Shown here: one piece after another, positions 53,051 to 62,325 of the stretch
How the letters are laid out: each line of letters starts with the position of its first letter
Numbering within the stretch: position 1 is the first letter of the stretch
Source: Actinomycetota bacterium
Lineage (GTDB): Bacteria > Actinomycetota > UBA4738 > HRBIN12
Assembly: GCA_040882605.1 (NCBI GenBank)
Contig: JBBEAY010000023.1
Span: 12,786-76,785 of the forward strand
Direction of reading: 5' to 3'
DNA: 64,000 bases
The notes under the pieces: model-generated
The model's database searches: none
The model's input: the letters and a program-made list of their open reading frames with translations, nothing else
What the model was told of the DNA's origin: nothing
Made by a program: the position numbers and the translations under genes

Positions 53051-54540
53051 TCGCCTCCCTTGCGGAACAGTCGCCAACGGCGTTTGCGTGGGACCTCGCC
53101 CTCATCGAGGGTCGCCCCGATCTCGGCCACGGAATGCGCTGGGGGAGCCTCGGCTTCGGGATCAGCTATGCCGCCCGCATGCGTGGACGACGCTTGCCGT
53201 TCGTCGTTCTCATCGATGACCACGACTCGACGTTCGGGAAGCCGACCCGCTGGCGCAGGTGCGCTCGGGGGGCGCACACGTGGCTGCTCAGTCTCCGCCT
53301 CCGAGTCCTCCCAGACGTCCTCATCGTCGGCGAGCGGCTGGGCCGCAGCCGACGCCTGATGGTCGGGCTCGAGGACCGGCTCGGGCTCGAGGACCGGCTC
53401 GGGCTCGAGGACCGGCTCGGGCTCGAGGACCGGCTCGGGCTCAGGGGCCGGTTCGGGCTCCGGGCCGGGCTGGGGCTCGGCTTTCACCAGTTCGCTCGCC
53501 GTTGGCACGTCGGTGTTCTCGTCTTCGTCGGGCAAGACCCCGGCGGCGGAAGTGGGATCGATCGGCGGAACGATGAGCGTCGGGAGGTCCTCGTACACGG
53601 GCATCGGCTCGGACGGGGGAGGCCTCAACGCGACCTCACGCGCGAGCTCACGGTAGCTCGCGGCCCCTTTGGACTTAGGATCATAGACGGTGATCGGCTG
53701 GCCGAACCCCGGCGCCTCCGAGAGACGCACCGTCCTCGGGATGATGATGTCGTACACGACCGGACCGAAGTACCGGCGCACCTCTTCGACGACCTGCTCT
53801 GAGAGCTTGGTCCTCGGGTCGAACATCGTCATGACGATGCCAGACAGCCGCAACCCGGGATTGATGTTCTGTTGCACCAGGGAGACGTTGCGCAAGAGCT
53901 GGCCGAGTCCTTCGAGAGCATAGTACTCACACTGTATGGGCACGATGAGCTCTTCGGCCGCCGTGAGGGCGTTGATCGTCAGCAGCCCCAGAGACGGGGG
54001 ACAGTCGATGAGGATGAAGTCGAAGATGCCCTCTCGCACCTCGGCGAGGGCCTTCTTCAGCCGGGTCTCCCTCGAGAACTGGCTCACGAGCTCGATCTCG
54101 GCGCCTGCCAGATCGATCGTGGAGGGGATGGCCGACAGGTGCTCCACCGGTGTCTGCAGGATCGCGTCATTGACCGAGGCCTCCGAGACGATCACGTCGT
54201 AGACCGTGATCTCGCGAGCTTCATGGCGGATCCCCATGCCGGTAGAGGCGTTGCCCTGGGGATCGAGATCGACTACCAAGACCCGATAGCCGAGATCGGC
54301 GAGTGAGGCTCCGAGACTCACTGCAGTCGTGGATTTGCCCACCCCGCCCTTCTGATTCGCGATGGCGACGATCCTGGCTACACCCGGAGTTTCAGGGGGA
54401 ACGGGTATGGGCTTGCTCTCGGCCTTGACGGGTCGCTGAGGTGACGGCCTGGCGCTGGATGCGGTTGTTGAACCGCCCTCGGAGCTAGAGCGGGTGGAAG
54501 TGCCCGGGGCGGCGCTGACGCCGGCAGGAGCCTTCGTCAC
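53047..54540 (-). CDS. parA: Chromosome partitioning ATPase ParA/Soj with 191-aa C-terminal extension
   Basis: Start is a GTG overlapping the rsmG TAG by 1 nt. Deviant Walker A IANQKGGVGKSTT, and DCPPSLG. The ATPase fold ends near YRELAREVA. The rest of the ORF is a Pro/Glu-rich extension. Confidence 0.85.
   Translation of the reverse strand: MTKAPAGVSAAPGTSTRSSSEGGSTTASSARPSPQRPVKAESKPIPVPPETPGVARIVAIANQKGGVGKSTTAVSLGASLADLGYRVLVVDLDPQGNASTGMGIRHEAREITVYDVIVSEASVNDAILQTPVEHLSAIPSTIDLAGAEIELVSQFSRETRLKKALAEVREGIFDFILIDCPPSLGLLTINALTAAEELIVPIQCEYYALEGLGQLLRNVSLVQQNINPGLRLSGIVMTMFDPRTKLSEQVVEEVRRYFGPVVYDIIIPRTVRLSEAPGFGQPITVYDPKSKGAASYRELAREVALRPPPSEPMPVYEDLPTLIVPPIDPTSAAGVLPDEDENTDVPTASELVKAEPQPGPEPEPAPEPEPVLEPEPVLEPEPVLEPEPVLEPDHQASAAAQPLADDEDVWEDSEAETEQPRVRPPSAPAPAGRLPERRVVVIDENDERQASSTHAGGIADPEAEAPPAHSVAEIGATLDEGEVPRKRRWRLFRKGGE
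53365..53472. repeat. 18-bp tandem repeat (GGGCTCGAGGACCGGCTC) x4 perfect + 2 degenerate copies within parA
   Basis: Read directly. Perfect units at 53365, 53383, 53401 and 53419. It encodes (EPEPVL)4 on the minus strand. Confidence 0.9.
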
Positions 54541-55151
54541 TACCGGGTCATGATAACCAGAGGTCCCGACCGTGCAAGCCCTGCGGAGGTGAAAAGCCTC
54601 GCTTCGACACCTTCCGGCACATCGTCTGACGCGTTGAAGCTGACGCCTGCCCAGTATAGGAGACACCCCTTCGGCGCGAGCATCGGCTGCGCGGCCTTCC
54701 ACGATGCGCTCGCAGAACCGAACGCGCGTGCGGTGCAAACATCTACCTTCTGGCGGAACGTCTCCGCTCGGCGCGCGTGCACCACCACGTCATCGAGCCC
54801 AAGCGCGGCGATGACATCGTTAAGGAAGGCCGCTCGGTTACGCCTCACCTCGATGAGCACCCAGCTCAGGTCGGGGCGGGCGATGCTCAAAGCCAGGCCT
54901 GGAAACCCCGCCCCCGACCCCAGATCGCATGCCGTTCCCAACCCAGGAAGCAGGGGAGCTGCGCGGAGGCTGTCGAGGAAGTGGCGCTCACGGATACGAG
55001 AGGCATCCGACGACGCGACCATGCCCATGGGTAGCGCCCGTTCAAGCAGCATGCGCTCGAAGAACGCCAGTCGGGAACGCGCAGTACCGTCGAGCGCCAC
55101 GCCGAAGAGCTCGGCCGGGACATCCCAACCCTCATGTTTCACGTGAAACAT
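54540..55151 (-). CDS. rsmG: 16S rRNA (guanine527-N7)-methyltransferase
   Basis: MFHVKHEGW N-terminus, DLGSGAGFPGL SAM motif, and the conserved position between jag and parA. Confidence 0.85.
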   Translation of the reverse strand: MFHVKHEGWDVPAELFGVALDGTARSRLAFFERMLLERALPMGMVASSDASRIRERHFLDSLRAAPLLPGLGTACDLGSGAGFPGLALSIARPDLSWVLIEVRRNRAAFLNDVIAALGLDDVVVHARRAETFRQKVDVCTARAFGSASASWKAAQPMLAPKGCLLYWAGVSFNASDDVPEGVEARLFTSAGLARSGPLVIMTR

Positions 55152-55235
55152 CCCGTCGCCGCGTTCGAGTGAGTGAACCGAGCGACGCGCCCCCGGAGTT
55201 TGCGACAGTCAGGGCAGGTCCTGCGACGGTGGGGG

Positions 55236-55733
55236 TTAGGCCCGCCGGATGACCACATACCGCTCGGGATCGATGCCGCGAGACTCGGTCTCGATGCCCT
55301 CGATACCCGACACGGCGTCGTGCATTAGCTTCCGCTCATAGGAGTTCATCGACTCGAGTTCTTCTTCCTGCCCGGTCTGCAGGACCCGACCGGCGAGCTC
55401 CCGAGCGTGCTCAGCAAGGCGAGCCTCGTGCCGCTTCCGGTAGTCATCGATGTCGACGATCACGCGTACGCGCTGGTCCAGGCGGCGACCCACCACCATC
55501 CGAGTGAGCTCCTGGATGGCTTCGAGGGTCTGCCCGTTATGCCCCACCAGCAGAGCCATATCGTCGTCGGGCCCGTCCGCGATGTCGACGTACATGTGAC
55601 CATCCTGGGGGTTCGGTTCGGCGATCGCGTCGATGTGCATGCGGGAGAGCAGATCCTCAAGGAAATCGGCGGCCGCGTCGGCCTGCTCCTCGAGCTCATC
55701 CATCGTCGGGTCGTCGGGGCGATCAGACGCCAT
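55236..55733 (-). CDS. jag: Jag/KhpB-like KH + R3H RNA-binding protein
   Basis: Trimmed to the MASDRPDDP start. KH-like LLVGHNGQTLEAIQ and the R3H domain (MNSYERKLMHDAV). 11-nt overlap with yidC. Confidence 0.8.
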   Translation of the reverse strand: MASDRPDDPTMDELEEQADAAADFLEDLLSRMHIDAIAEPNPQDGHMYVDIADGPDDDMALLVGHNGQTLEAIQELTRMVVGRRLDQRVRVIVDIDDYRKRHEARLAEHARELAGRVLQTGQEEELESMNSYERKLMHDAVSGIEGIETESRGIDPERYVVIRRA

Positions 55734-56886
55734 GCTTGCCACCCGATCCAGGCCGCTTGGGTTTGCCCTGCTGCGAGCCAGACCCCTTCGTGGGGGGCGT
55801 CTTTCTCGTCGATGGCGGTCGGCCTGCCGCCGGCTTCTGGCCCTGATCGCGCTGCTTCCGCTCATGCTCAGCTTTCTCCATCATCGATGCCATGAAGCCT
55901 TTCTTCGCCGGCTTCCCGTCCTGGGCAGCGATCTTCGCCTTCTGCTCCACCATGCGCTTCTCGAGAGCATCGGGCCCGATGTGGCCGGCGCGCAGGAGCA
56001 GGGTCTGCTGCCCGATCATGAACAGGTTCGACACGGTCCAGTACAACACCAGCCCCGACGGGAAGCTGAACCCGATGAACCCGAAAAACAGCGGCATGAT
56101 GCGCAGGATCATCTGCTGCTGGGACGACGCCGCCCCCTGTGGGCTGGCTCGTTGCGTCTGAAGGGTTTGGAAGAAGGCGGTTCCGATCATCAAGCCGAGC
56201 AGGAGGATGTAGCCGATCTTGGAAGTCAGGCCGTCATCGCCGCACGGCAGTACTGGGCGCGCTTCGAACGAGTCGAGAGTCGCGCCCTCGTCGTCTTGCA
56301 GCGGGATACCCTCGTCCCGAACGAAGTTGCCCTCGGAGTCCTTGATGGTGCTGGCTTCGATACTTCCTGCCTGGGCAGCCGAGCACTGCAAGTTCAGCCC
56401 GATGAAACCGGTGCCCTCATGGGTCACGACGCTGGCGAAGAGCTCGCTGTCGGTCGGGAGATGGTTGTTCGTGATCAGGTAGGCGCTCACCGCGCCGTCG
56501 GTCATGACCGGCTCGTAGCCCGGCGCTCTGATCACGGCGTACATCGCGATCAGCAGCGGGAACTGCGCCAGTACGGGCAAGCAGCCCCCGAGTGGGTTGA
56601 CGCCAGCTTCCTTGTAGAGACGCATCGTTTCCTCTTGCGCCTTGGGCTTGTTGTTCTTGTACTTCTTCTGGATCTCCTTGATCTTCGGTTGCAGCGCCTG
56701 CATCGACTGCATCGACTTGATCTGCTTCATGCCGAGAGGGAACAGCAAGAATCGGAGGACTAGCGTCAGCACGATGATGGCGAGCCCATAGCTGGGGATG
56801 ACGTGATACAGCCATGCGAGGACCCACCCGATGATGTCGAGGAGTCCCTGGAAGATCGGTGAGATTACGGGGATCTCTGCCAGCAT
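55723..56886 (-). CDS. yidC: Membrane protein insertase YidC
   Basis: Trimmed to the MLAEIPVISP start. AIIVLTLVLRFLLFPL, GGCLPVLAQFPLLIAMY, and a basic C-terminal tail. Confidence 0.85.
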   Translation of the reverse strand: MLAEIPVISPIFQGLLDIIGWVLAWLYHVIPSYGLAIIVLTLVLRFLLFPLGMKQIKSMQSMQALQPKIKEIQKKYKNNKPKAQEETMRLYKEAGVNPLGGCLPVLAQFPLLIAMYAVIRAPGYEPVMTDGAVSAYLITNNHLPTDSELFASVVTHEGTGFIGLNLQCSAAQAGSIEASTIKDSEGNFVRDEGIPLQDDEGATLDSFEARPVLPCGDDGLTSKIGYILLLGLMIGTAFFQTLQTQRASPQGAASSQQQMILRIMPLFFGFIGFSFPSGLVLYWTVSNLFMIGQQTLLLRAGHIGPDALEKRMVEQKAKIAAQDGKPAKKGFMASMMEKAEHERKQRDQGQKPAAGRPPSTRKTPPTKGSGSQQGKPKRPGSGGKHGV

Positions 56887-56887
56887 C

Positions 56888-57196
56888 CTAAGTGCGAGCC
56901 TCCCGCGGGGGTCGTAGGACCGCGTCATACTCCACTCGGTGAGCCGTGCTCGATACCGGATCGATGCCGCCTTGGCCGTACGGGTTGCAGCGGGCGACAC
57001 GCCACGCCGCAAGCCCGACACCTCGTACAGCTCCGAACTCGCGGATCGCCTGCTCGGCGTAGTGCGAGCAAGTCGGGGAGAAGCGGCACTGTCCGCCGAG
57101 CCACCCCGAGAGCACGGCGCGGTAGAGGCGGATCGACAGGATCAGTGTGGAGCGCGCCGGTGCGCCGGCGCGCCACGTAACATCGCGCACCCTCAT
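56888..57196 (-). CDS. yidD: Membrane protein insertion efficiency factor YidD
   Basis: IRLYRAVLSGWLGGQCRFSPTCSHYAEQAI...RCNPYGQGGIDPV. ATGA overlap with rnpA. Confidence 0.85.
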   Translation of the reverse strand: MRVRDVTWRAGAPARSTLILSIRLYRAVLSGWLGGQCRFSPTCSHYAEQAIREFGAVRGVGLAAWRVARCNPYGQGGIDPVSSTAHRVEYDAVLRPPREART

Positions 57197-57498
57197 CGGT
57201 GATCGCTCCCTCGAGGCAGCAACTCGGTCATCTCGCTCACCAGATCCTGCTTCGTGGCGCCCCGGATCGCCTCGCGAGCAACCAGGACGGTGTCGAAATC
57301 GCCTTTGACCTGCGGTGATACCTGTCGCCAGGCCTCGCGCAGGACACGTTTGGCTCGGTTCCGCTCGACGGCCCCACCCACGCGCCGCGCGGCCACGACC
57401 GCCCAGAGGCCAGAGCCGGGCGCAAGGAACAGTACCACCCGGTTTCCGCGGCGGGGCCGCGCCACATCGAACACCCGGCGCACGTCTCGAGAGCGCAC
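57193..57498 (-). CDS. rnpA: Ribonuclease P protein component
   Basis: 101 aa with a GTG start. ARRVGGAVERNRAKRVLREAWR is the RNR motif region. It lies directly downstream of rpmH. Confidence 0.8.
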   Translation of the reverse strand: MRSRDVRRVFDVARPRRGNRVVLFLAPGSGLWAVVAARRVGGAVERNRAKRVLREAWRQVSPQVKGDFDTVLVAREAIRGATKQDLVSEMTELLPRGSDHR

Positions 57499-57510
57499 GC
57501 AGCGTTCGTT

Positions 57511-57654
57511 TCAGGCGGTGAGCCGGGCGCGGCCTTTACGGCGGCGCGCGGCGATGATCGATCGCCCGGCGCGGGTGCGCATGCGCAGGCGGAAACCATG
57601 GCGCCGCGCACGGCGGCGAACGTTCGGCTGGTAGGTACGCTTGCCTTTGGCCAT
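57511..57654 (-). CDS. rpmH: 50S ribosomal protein L34
   Basis: Below the ORF-track cut-off. My translation is [47 protein letters not shown] (47 aa). Confidence 0.9.
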   Translation of the reverse strand: MAKGKRTYQPNVRRRARRHGFRLRMRTRAGRSIIAARRRKGRARLTA

Positions 57655-57902
57655 CTGGAACGTCGGTCCTTACGTGTGCGGGGTCTCACGAGGCTGCGCT
57701 CGTCGAGCGTCCGGCGAGTATACGGGGGGTCATCCGCATCCGGCATCGGCATCGTCGCAGCGCAGAGTCCTTGACAAGAGAAAGAGTGTCAAGACCCCCT
57801 CGCCGAGAGGCTGGGCTAGAGAGCGGTGTGCTAACGTGCGGCCCGCCTTCCTCCCGGCGATCCGAGCCCTCATCGGCGCGGCGTCACGACGAACTTTCCG
57901 TG

Positions 57903-57934
57903 TTTTCCACTGGTGTGGAAAGGTGCTGTGGATT
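57903..57934. promoter_or_regulatory. Three DnaA-box-like 9-mers immediately upstream of dnaA
   Basis: TTTTCCACT (57903), GTGTGGAAA (the reverse complement of TTTCCACAC, 57913) and CTGTGGATT (the reverse complement of AATCCACAG, 57926). Compare the consensus TT(A/G)TCCACA. Confidence 0.5.
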
Positions 57935-57938
57935 CAAG

Positions 57939-59423
57939 ATGGCGGTAGCGTCCCCTGAACACGAGGCCCGCGAAGCATGGGCTCACGTGTTGGATCGTGC
58001 ACGCGAGGAGCTGCCCGAGACCACCGTCGTGATGTGGTTCTCCGAGGCCCGCCCGATGCACCTCGACGAGGAGTCGATCACGTTGGCCGTACCGAGCTTG
58101 CTCGTTCGTGAACGATTGCAGCACAACCATCTTTCGCTGATCGAGAGGGCTGCCCAGGAGGCCGTGGGCCGACCGCTGAAGATCGATCTTTCGGTCGACG
58201 AGGCGCTGCGAGACCACGGCGGCGAACTTGAGCCCAGTGGTGGGCCCGCCGATCGGAGCGCCGATCGGAGCGCCGATCACGCGCCTCCCAACACGATAGG
58301 CTCGCCGGGGTCGGGGACGCCCGGGTCGGGGGCGGTGAGGCAGCCAACCTCGCCCGCTGCCGCACAGCCGCTCCTGGGAGCGCCCGGATTACCGTTCCCG
58401 AACTACACGTTCGACGCGTTCGTGCCGGGTCCGAGCAACCGCTTCGCGCACGCCGCGTCGATGGCCGTGGCCGAGGCGCCTCCTTCCACCGCCTACAACC
58501 CGTTGTTCGTCTACGGGGGAGTGGGACTCGGCAAGACGCACCTACTGATCGCCGTCGGCCACCACATGTACCGCCTGGTGCCGGCACTCCGGGTGAAGTA
58601 CGTCACCTCGGAGCAGTTCGTGACCGAGTTCATCAAGGCGGTGCGCGAGCGCCAGGGCGGCGACGCCTTCCGACAGCGTTACCGCGAAGTCGATGTCTTG
58701 CTGGTGGACGACATCCAGTTCCTCGCCAAGCGCGAGGAGACTCAGACCGAGTTCTTCCACACGTTCAACCACCTGCATGCCGCGGGCAAGCAGATCGTGA
58801 TCGCGTCCGATCGCCCACCGCATGAGCTCTCGGGCCTCGAGGAACGCCTGGTCAACCGCTTCCGTTGGGGACTATGCGTCGACGTGCAGCCGCCTGACCT
58901 CGAGACGCGCATCGCGATCTTGCAACTCAAGGCCGAGCGTGAGCACATCACCGTGCCTGCCGACGTGATCGAGTTCGTCGCGTCGAAGTTCGACCAGTCG
59001 GTGCGTGAGCTCGAGGGGGCTCTCGTGCGCGTCGTCGCGTGGAGCGAGCTCACCGGTCAGCCCATCGACACCGCGCTCGGCGAGCGAGCCCTCGAGGACC
59101 TGATCCCGCAGACGCAGAACGAGATCCCGCCGCCGTTGATCCTCGACGAGACGGCGAAGTACTTCTCGCTCTCGCCGGCCGATCTCATGTCGAAATCGCG
59201 ATCGCGTCCCCTGACACAGGCACGCCACATCGCGATGTACCTCACGCGGGAATGGACCGGCCTCTCATTACTGAAGATCGGAGAGATCTTCGGCGGTCGC
59301 GACCACACCACAGTGCTGCATGCCATCCATAAGATCGAAGACGAGATGCGCGCCCGCGACGCCACGTTCCGTCAAGTGCAGGATCTCACGCGCATCATCA
59401 GGGGCCGGGTGCGAGCCGCATGA
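57939..59423 (+). CDS. dnaA: Chromosomal replication initiator protein DnaA
   Basis: Trimmed to the MAVASPEHEA start. AAA+ core GGVGLGKTHLL, LLVDDIQFL, and the domain IV sequence ARHIAMYLTREWTGLSLLKIGEIFGGRDHTTVLHA. Confidence 0.95.
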   Translation: MAVASPEHEAREAWAHVLDRAREELPETTVVMWFSEARPMHLDEESITLAVPSLLVRERLQHNHLSLIERAAQEAVGRPLKIDLSVDEALRDHGGELEPSGGPADRSADRSADHAPPNTIGSPGSGTPGSGAVRQPTSPAAAQPLLGAPGLPFPNYTFDAFVPGPSNRFAHAASMAVAEAPPSTAYNPLFVYGGVGLGKTHLLIAVGHHMYRLVPALRVKYVTSEQFVTEFIKAVRERQGGDAFRQRYREVDVLLVDDIQFLAKREETQTEFFHTFNHLHAAGKQIVIASDRPPHELSGLEERLVNRFRWGLCVDVQPPDLETRIAILQLKAEREHITVPADVIEFVASKFDQSVRELEGALVRVVAWSELTGQPIDTALGERALEDLIPQTQNEIPPPLILDETAKYFSLSPADLMSKSRSRPLTQARHIAMYLTREWTGLSLLKIGEIFGGRDHTTVLHAIHKIEDEMRARDATFRQVQDLTRIIRGRVRAA

Positions 59424-59685
59424 CGCCCGCCGCCAGACCAAGCGACACAGCTCTCGACCCGATCTCGCGGTGCAACGAGGCGTGGATAACCTCGGCGCCG
59501 GCGGTGGGTTCCGCGACCTCGCCACGGACCTCCGGCCGGAGCGACACGTTTTCCCCACGCGTTTCCCACATGTCCGACAGCACCGCTACGCTGCACGGAT
59601 GGCCTGTGTATGCAGGTTTCCACAGTGCCTACTACCACAGCTCTTCTTCCTTTCTCAGAACAGTAGATGCAGGGGGGTGGACCGA
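59424..59685. other. Candidate oriC (dnaA-dnaN intergenic region)
   Basis: DnaA-box-like sites: CGTGGATAA (the reverse complement of TTATCCACG, 59481), TTTCCCACA (59562) and GTTTCCACA (59616), plus weaker ones. There is an AT-richer stretch at 59641-59668. This is the position of oriC in Mycobacterium and Streptomyces. Confidence 0.55.
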
Positions 59686-60786
59686 ATGAAGTTCCGGTGT
59701 GACCGTGATGCGTTGTCCGAGGCGCTGCAGACCGTGCAGCGTGGAGTGTCGTCGAGGCCAGGTATCCCTGCGTTGACAGGTGTGCTGATCGAGGCCAGCG
59801 AGGGGCGGCTCACGCTCACCACCACCGATCTCGAGGTGAGCGCGCGCTTGGCGACCGATGCGCAGGTCAGCGAGCCGGGCACCGCGCTCGTGCCGGCGAG
59901 GCTGCTCGGCGACACGGTGAAGTCGCTGTCCGATGCCCCGGTCGACGTCGAGACCGATCAGTCGCAGGCGCACATCCGGTGCGCCGCGTACGAAGGTACG
60001 CTGCGGCTGCTTCCCGCCGAGGACTTCCCGGGTCTGCAGGACCCGAGCGGCACCAAGATCACGGTCAACGCCGGTGCGTTCGCCGAGGCCGTGCACCAGG
60101 TGGCGCGAGGCGCCTCGCGTGATGAAGCTCGCCCGGTGCTCACCGGTGTGTTGATCGAGGTCAGTCGCGAAGGCGTCGTCATGGTCGCGACCGATTCCTA
60201 CCGGTTGGCGGTTCGCGACCTCGTTGCGACGGCCGACGGTGAGGGCAAAGCGATCGTGCCCGAGCGGGCGCTGAGTGAGGCGGGCCGGGCCGCATCGGCC
60301 GACGACAAGGCCTCACTCGAGGTGTTCCTCGACGATTCGCAGGTGGCATTCCGCATCGGGGAGCTCACGCTCACGTCGCGCCTGATCGAAGGGGAGTTTC
60401 CCAACTATCGACAACTGCTGCCCGACCAGCACGAGAGCCGGCTCACGATCTCACGTCAGCAGCTGCTCGACGCCGTGGGCCGGGTGGGGCTGCTCGCGCG
60501 AGACACGACCCCAGTGCGCATGGAGTTGAACGCGTTGGGCGTGAAGCTGTCGTCGTCGAGCCCCGATCTTGGCCAAGCGGTCGAGACGGTCGAGGCCCGA
60601 TACGAGGGCGACGATCTTACGGTGGCGTTCAACCCGCAGTACCTCGCCGACGGGCTCCGCGTCGCCATCGGTGAGAGCGTCCGGCTCGACGTTCGCGATG
60701 GCTTGAAACCCGGAGTCGTGCGGGGCGAGAGCGACGAGTTCACCTACCTCGTGATGCCCGTGCGTCTGCCGGCCCCGGTCTCCTGA
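59686..60786 (+). CDS. dnaN: DNA polymerase III beta sliding clamp
   Basis: Trimmed to MKFRCDRDALSEALQTVQRGVS. LTTTDLEVS, ATDSYRLA and EGEFPNYRQLLP motifs. Confidence 0.95.
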   Translation: MKFRCDRDALSEALQTVQRGVSSRPGIPALTGVLIEASEGRLTLTTTDLEVSARLATDAQVSEPGTALVPARLLGDTVKSLSDAPVDVETDQSQAHIRCAAYEGTLRLLPAEDFPGLQDPSGTKITVNAGAFAEAVHQVARGASRDEARPVLTGVLIEVSREGVVMVATDSYRLAVRDLVATADGEGKAIVPERALSEAGRAASADDKASLEVFLDDSQVAFRIGELTLTSRLIEGEFPNYRQLLPDQHESRLTISRQQLLDAVGRVGLLARDTTPVRMELNALGVKLSSSSPDLGQAVETVEARYEGDDLTVAFNPQYLADGLRVAIGESVRLDVRDGLKPGVVRGESDEFTYLVMPVRLPAPVS

Positions 60787-60814
60787 CCGGCGGCGCCGGG
60801 CGCCCCGTTCCGCG

Positions 60815-61912
60815 ATGCGCTTGGTCTGGGTCGAGCTGCGACGGTTCCGCAACCACGAGCACACGCACCTCGAACATCTCGCCGATGGACTCACGGTGCT
60901 CGTGGGCTCGAACGGTGAGGGCAAGACGAACCTGCTCGAGGGTATGTACGTGCTCTACGCGCTGGGGTCGCCACGGGTCTCCGCGAGCTCAGGGCTCGTG
61001 CAGGAAGGACATGACGCCGCGTACGCACGCGGCGAGTTCGCGACCCGAGACGCCAAGGTGCTCGTCGAGGTCGAGATCCCGAGCAAGGGTGCGAGCCGTG
61101 TGAAAGTGAACCGTTCGCCGGTGCGTCGCAGACGCGACCTCCGCCGCCAGGTGCGCGCGGTGTTGTTCGGACCGTTCGACCTGCCGATCGTGATCGGGGA
61201 TCCGTCGAAGCGACGCGCGTTCCTCGACGAGGCCGTGATCGCCCTCTGGCCTCTGAAGGAAGGTCTGTTCGCCGCCTACGATCGCGCGCTCCGACAGCGG
61301 AACCGACTGCTGAAGGAGTGGGACCAGCCGGGTGTGCCGGCCGGCATCGAGGCGTGGGACGAGGAGCTCGTCAAGGCCGGCGCCGAGCTGATCGAGACGC
61401 GTCATGCGGCGGTCGCGCGACTGGCGCCGCACGCAGCCGCGGAGTTCACGCACCTCGCCGGATATGAGTTGCGCGTTCGTTACCAGCCGAATGTGTGGCA
61501 TGCGAGCGATCTCGAGGGCGCCTTTCACTCACGCATCGAGGAGCGCCGGGGTGATGAGCTCGCACGTCGAACGTCGCTCGTGGGACCGCACCGCGACGAC
61601 CTGGCGCTCGACGTGCGTGAGCTCGGCGCCCGCTCTGCAGGCTCGCACGGTGAGACGTGGGCGACGGCGCTCTGCTTGCGGGTGGGCCTCGCCTCGGCCG
61701 TGACCGAGGAGCTCGGCGAGCCGCCGGTGCTGCTCGTCGACGACCCGTTCAGCGCGCTCGACCCAGCTCGGCGGGACCGTTTCCTCGAGCGCCTGGCCGA
61801 TCGAGGCGGGCAGGTCTTCGTGTCGGTCGCCGACGAGGCCGACGTGCCGAAGCTCGCCGCCGCTGTGTGGGACGTGCGCGGCGGCGCGGTGACCCCGCGG
61901 AGCGGACCCTGA
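60815..61912 (+). CDS. recF: DNA replication and repair protein RecF
   Basis: LRRFRNHE, Walker A GSNGEGKTNLLE, the signature SHGETWATALCLRV and LLVDDPFSALD. Confidence 0.9.
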   Translation: MRLVWVELRRFRNHEHTHLEHLADGLTVLVGSNGEGKTNLLEGMYVLYALGSPRVSASSGLVQEGHDAAYARGEFATRDAKVLVEVEIPSKGASRVKVNRSPVRRRRDLRRQVRAVLFGPFDLPIVIGDPSKRRAFLDEAVIALWPLKEGLFAAYDRALRQRNRLLKEWDQPGVPAGIEAWDEELVKAGAELIETRHAAVARLAPHAAAEFTHLAGYELRVRYQPNVWHASDLEGAFHSRIEERRGDELARRTSLVGPHRDDLALDVRELGARSAGSHGETWATALCLRVGLASAVTEELGEPPVLLVDDPFSALDPARRDRFLERLADRGGQVFVSVADEADVPKLAAAVWDVRGGAVTPRSGP

Positions 61913-62253
61913 TGCCCGACGCGAAGGGGTTCGGCGGTCGCAAGCGCCCGCGCTCCGATGAGGCGGCCTCACTCGGCGACATCGTCGACGGGCTGATGCG
62001 CGAGCAGGTGTTCAGCCGCGGCATGCCGGTAGCCCAGCTCGCCTCGCGCTGGCCCGAGATCGTGGGTGAGCGACTGGCGGCCGAGACCGCTCCCGCTGCG
62101 CTCGACGACGGCATCTTGACCGTGGAAGTCTCGACCGGACCGTGGGGCGCGCAGGCGAAGTTCCTGCACGAGGAGATCAAGCGCAAGGCCGACGAGGCGC
62201 TCGGGGGAGGACGCGTCGAAAAGGTTCGTATCATCGTGCGAAATGCCAGGTAG
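61912..62253 (+). CDS. DUF721-domain protein (DciA-type helicase-loader family; Rv0004 position)
   Basis: 113 aa from MPDAKGF, overlapping the recF stop by 1 nt. The W.EIVGE.LA..T.P..L.DG.L.V...S..WA..L pattern of DUF721. Confidence 0.7.
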   Translation: MPDAKGFGGRKRPRSDEAASLGDIVDGLMREQVFSRGMPVAQLASRWPEIVGERLAAETAPAALDDGILTVEVSTGPWGAQAKFLHEEIKRKADEALGGGRVEKVRIIVRNAR

Positions 62254-62325
62254 ATGGCGGTTTTCGCGACCCGAAACGCGGTCGAGGGTCGGTCTGCTGC
62301 GGTAAGATAACGGTCGTTCATGTGA

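Noticed and set aside
53365-53472. Possible CRISPR-like or minisatellite array
   Set aside because: The units are directly adjacent with no spacers, are only 18 bp long, and lie in frame inside parA. This is a coding tandem repeat, not a CRISPR array.
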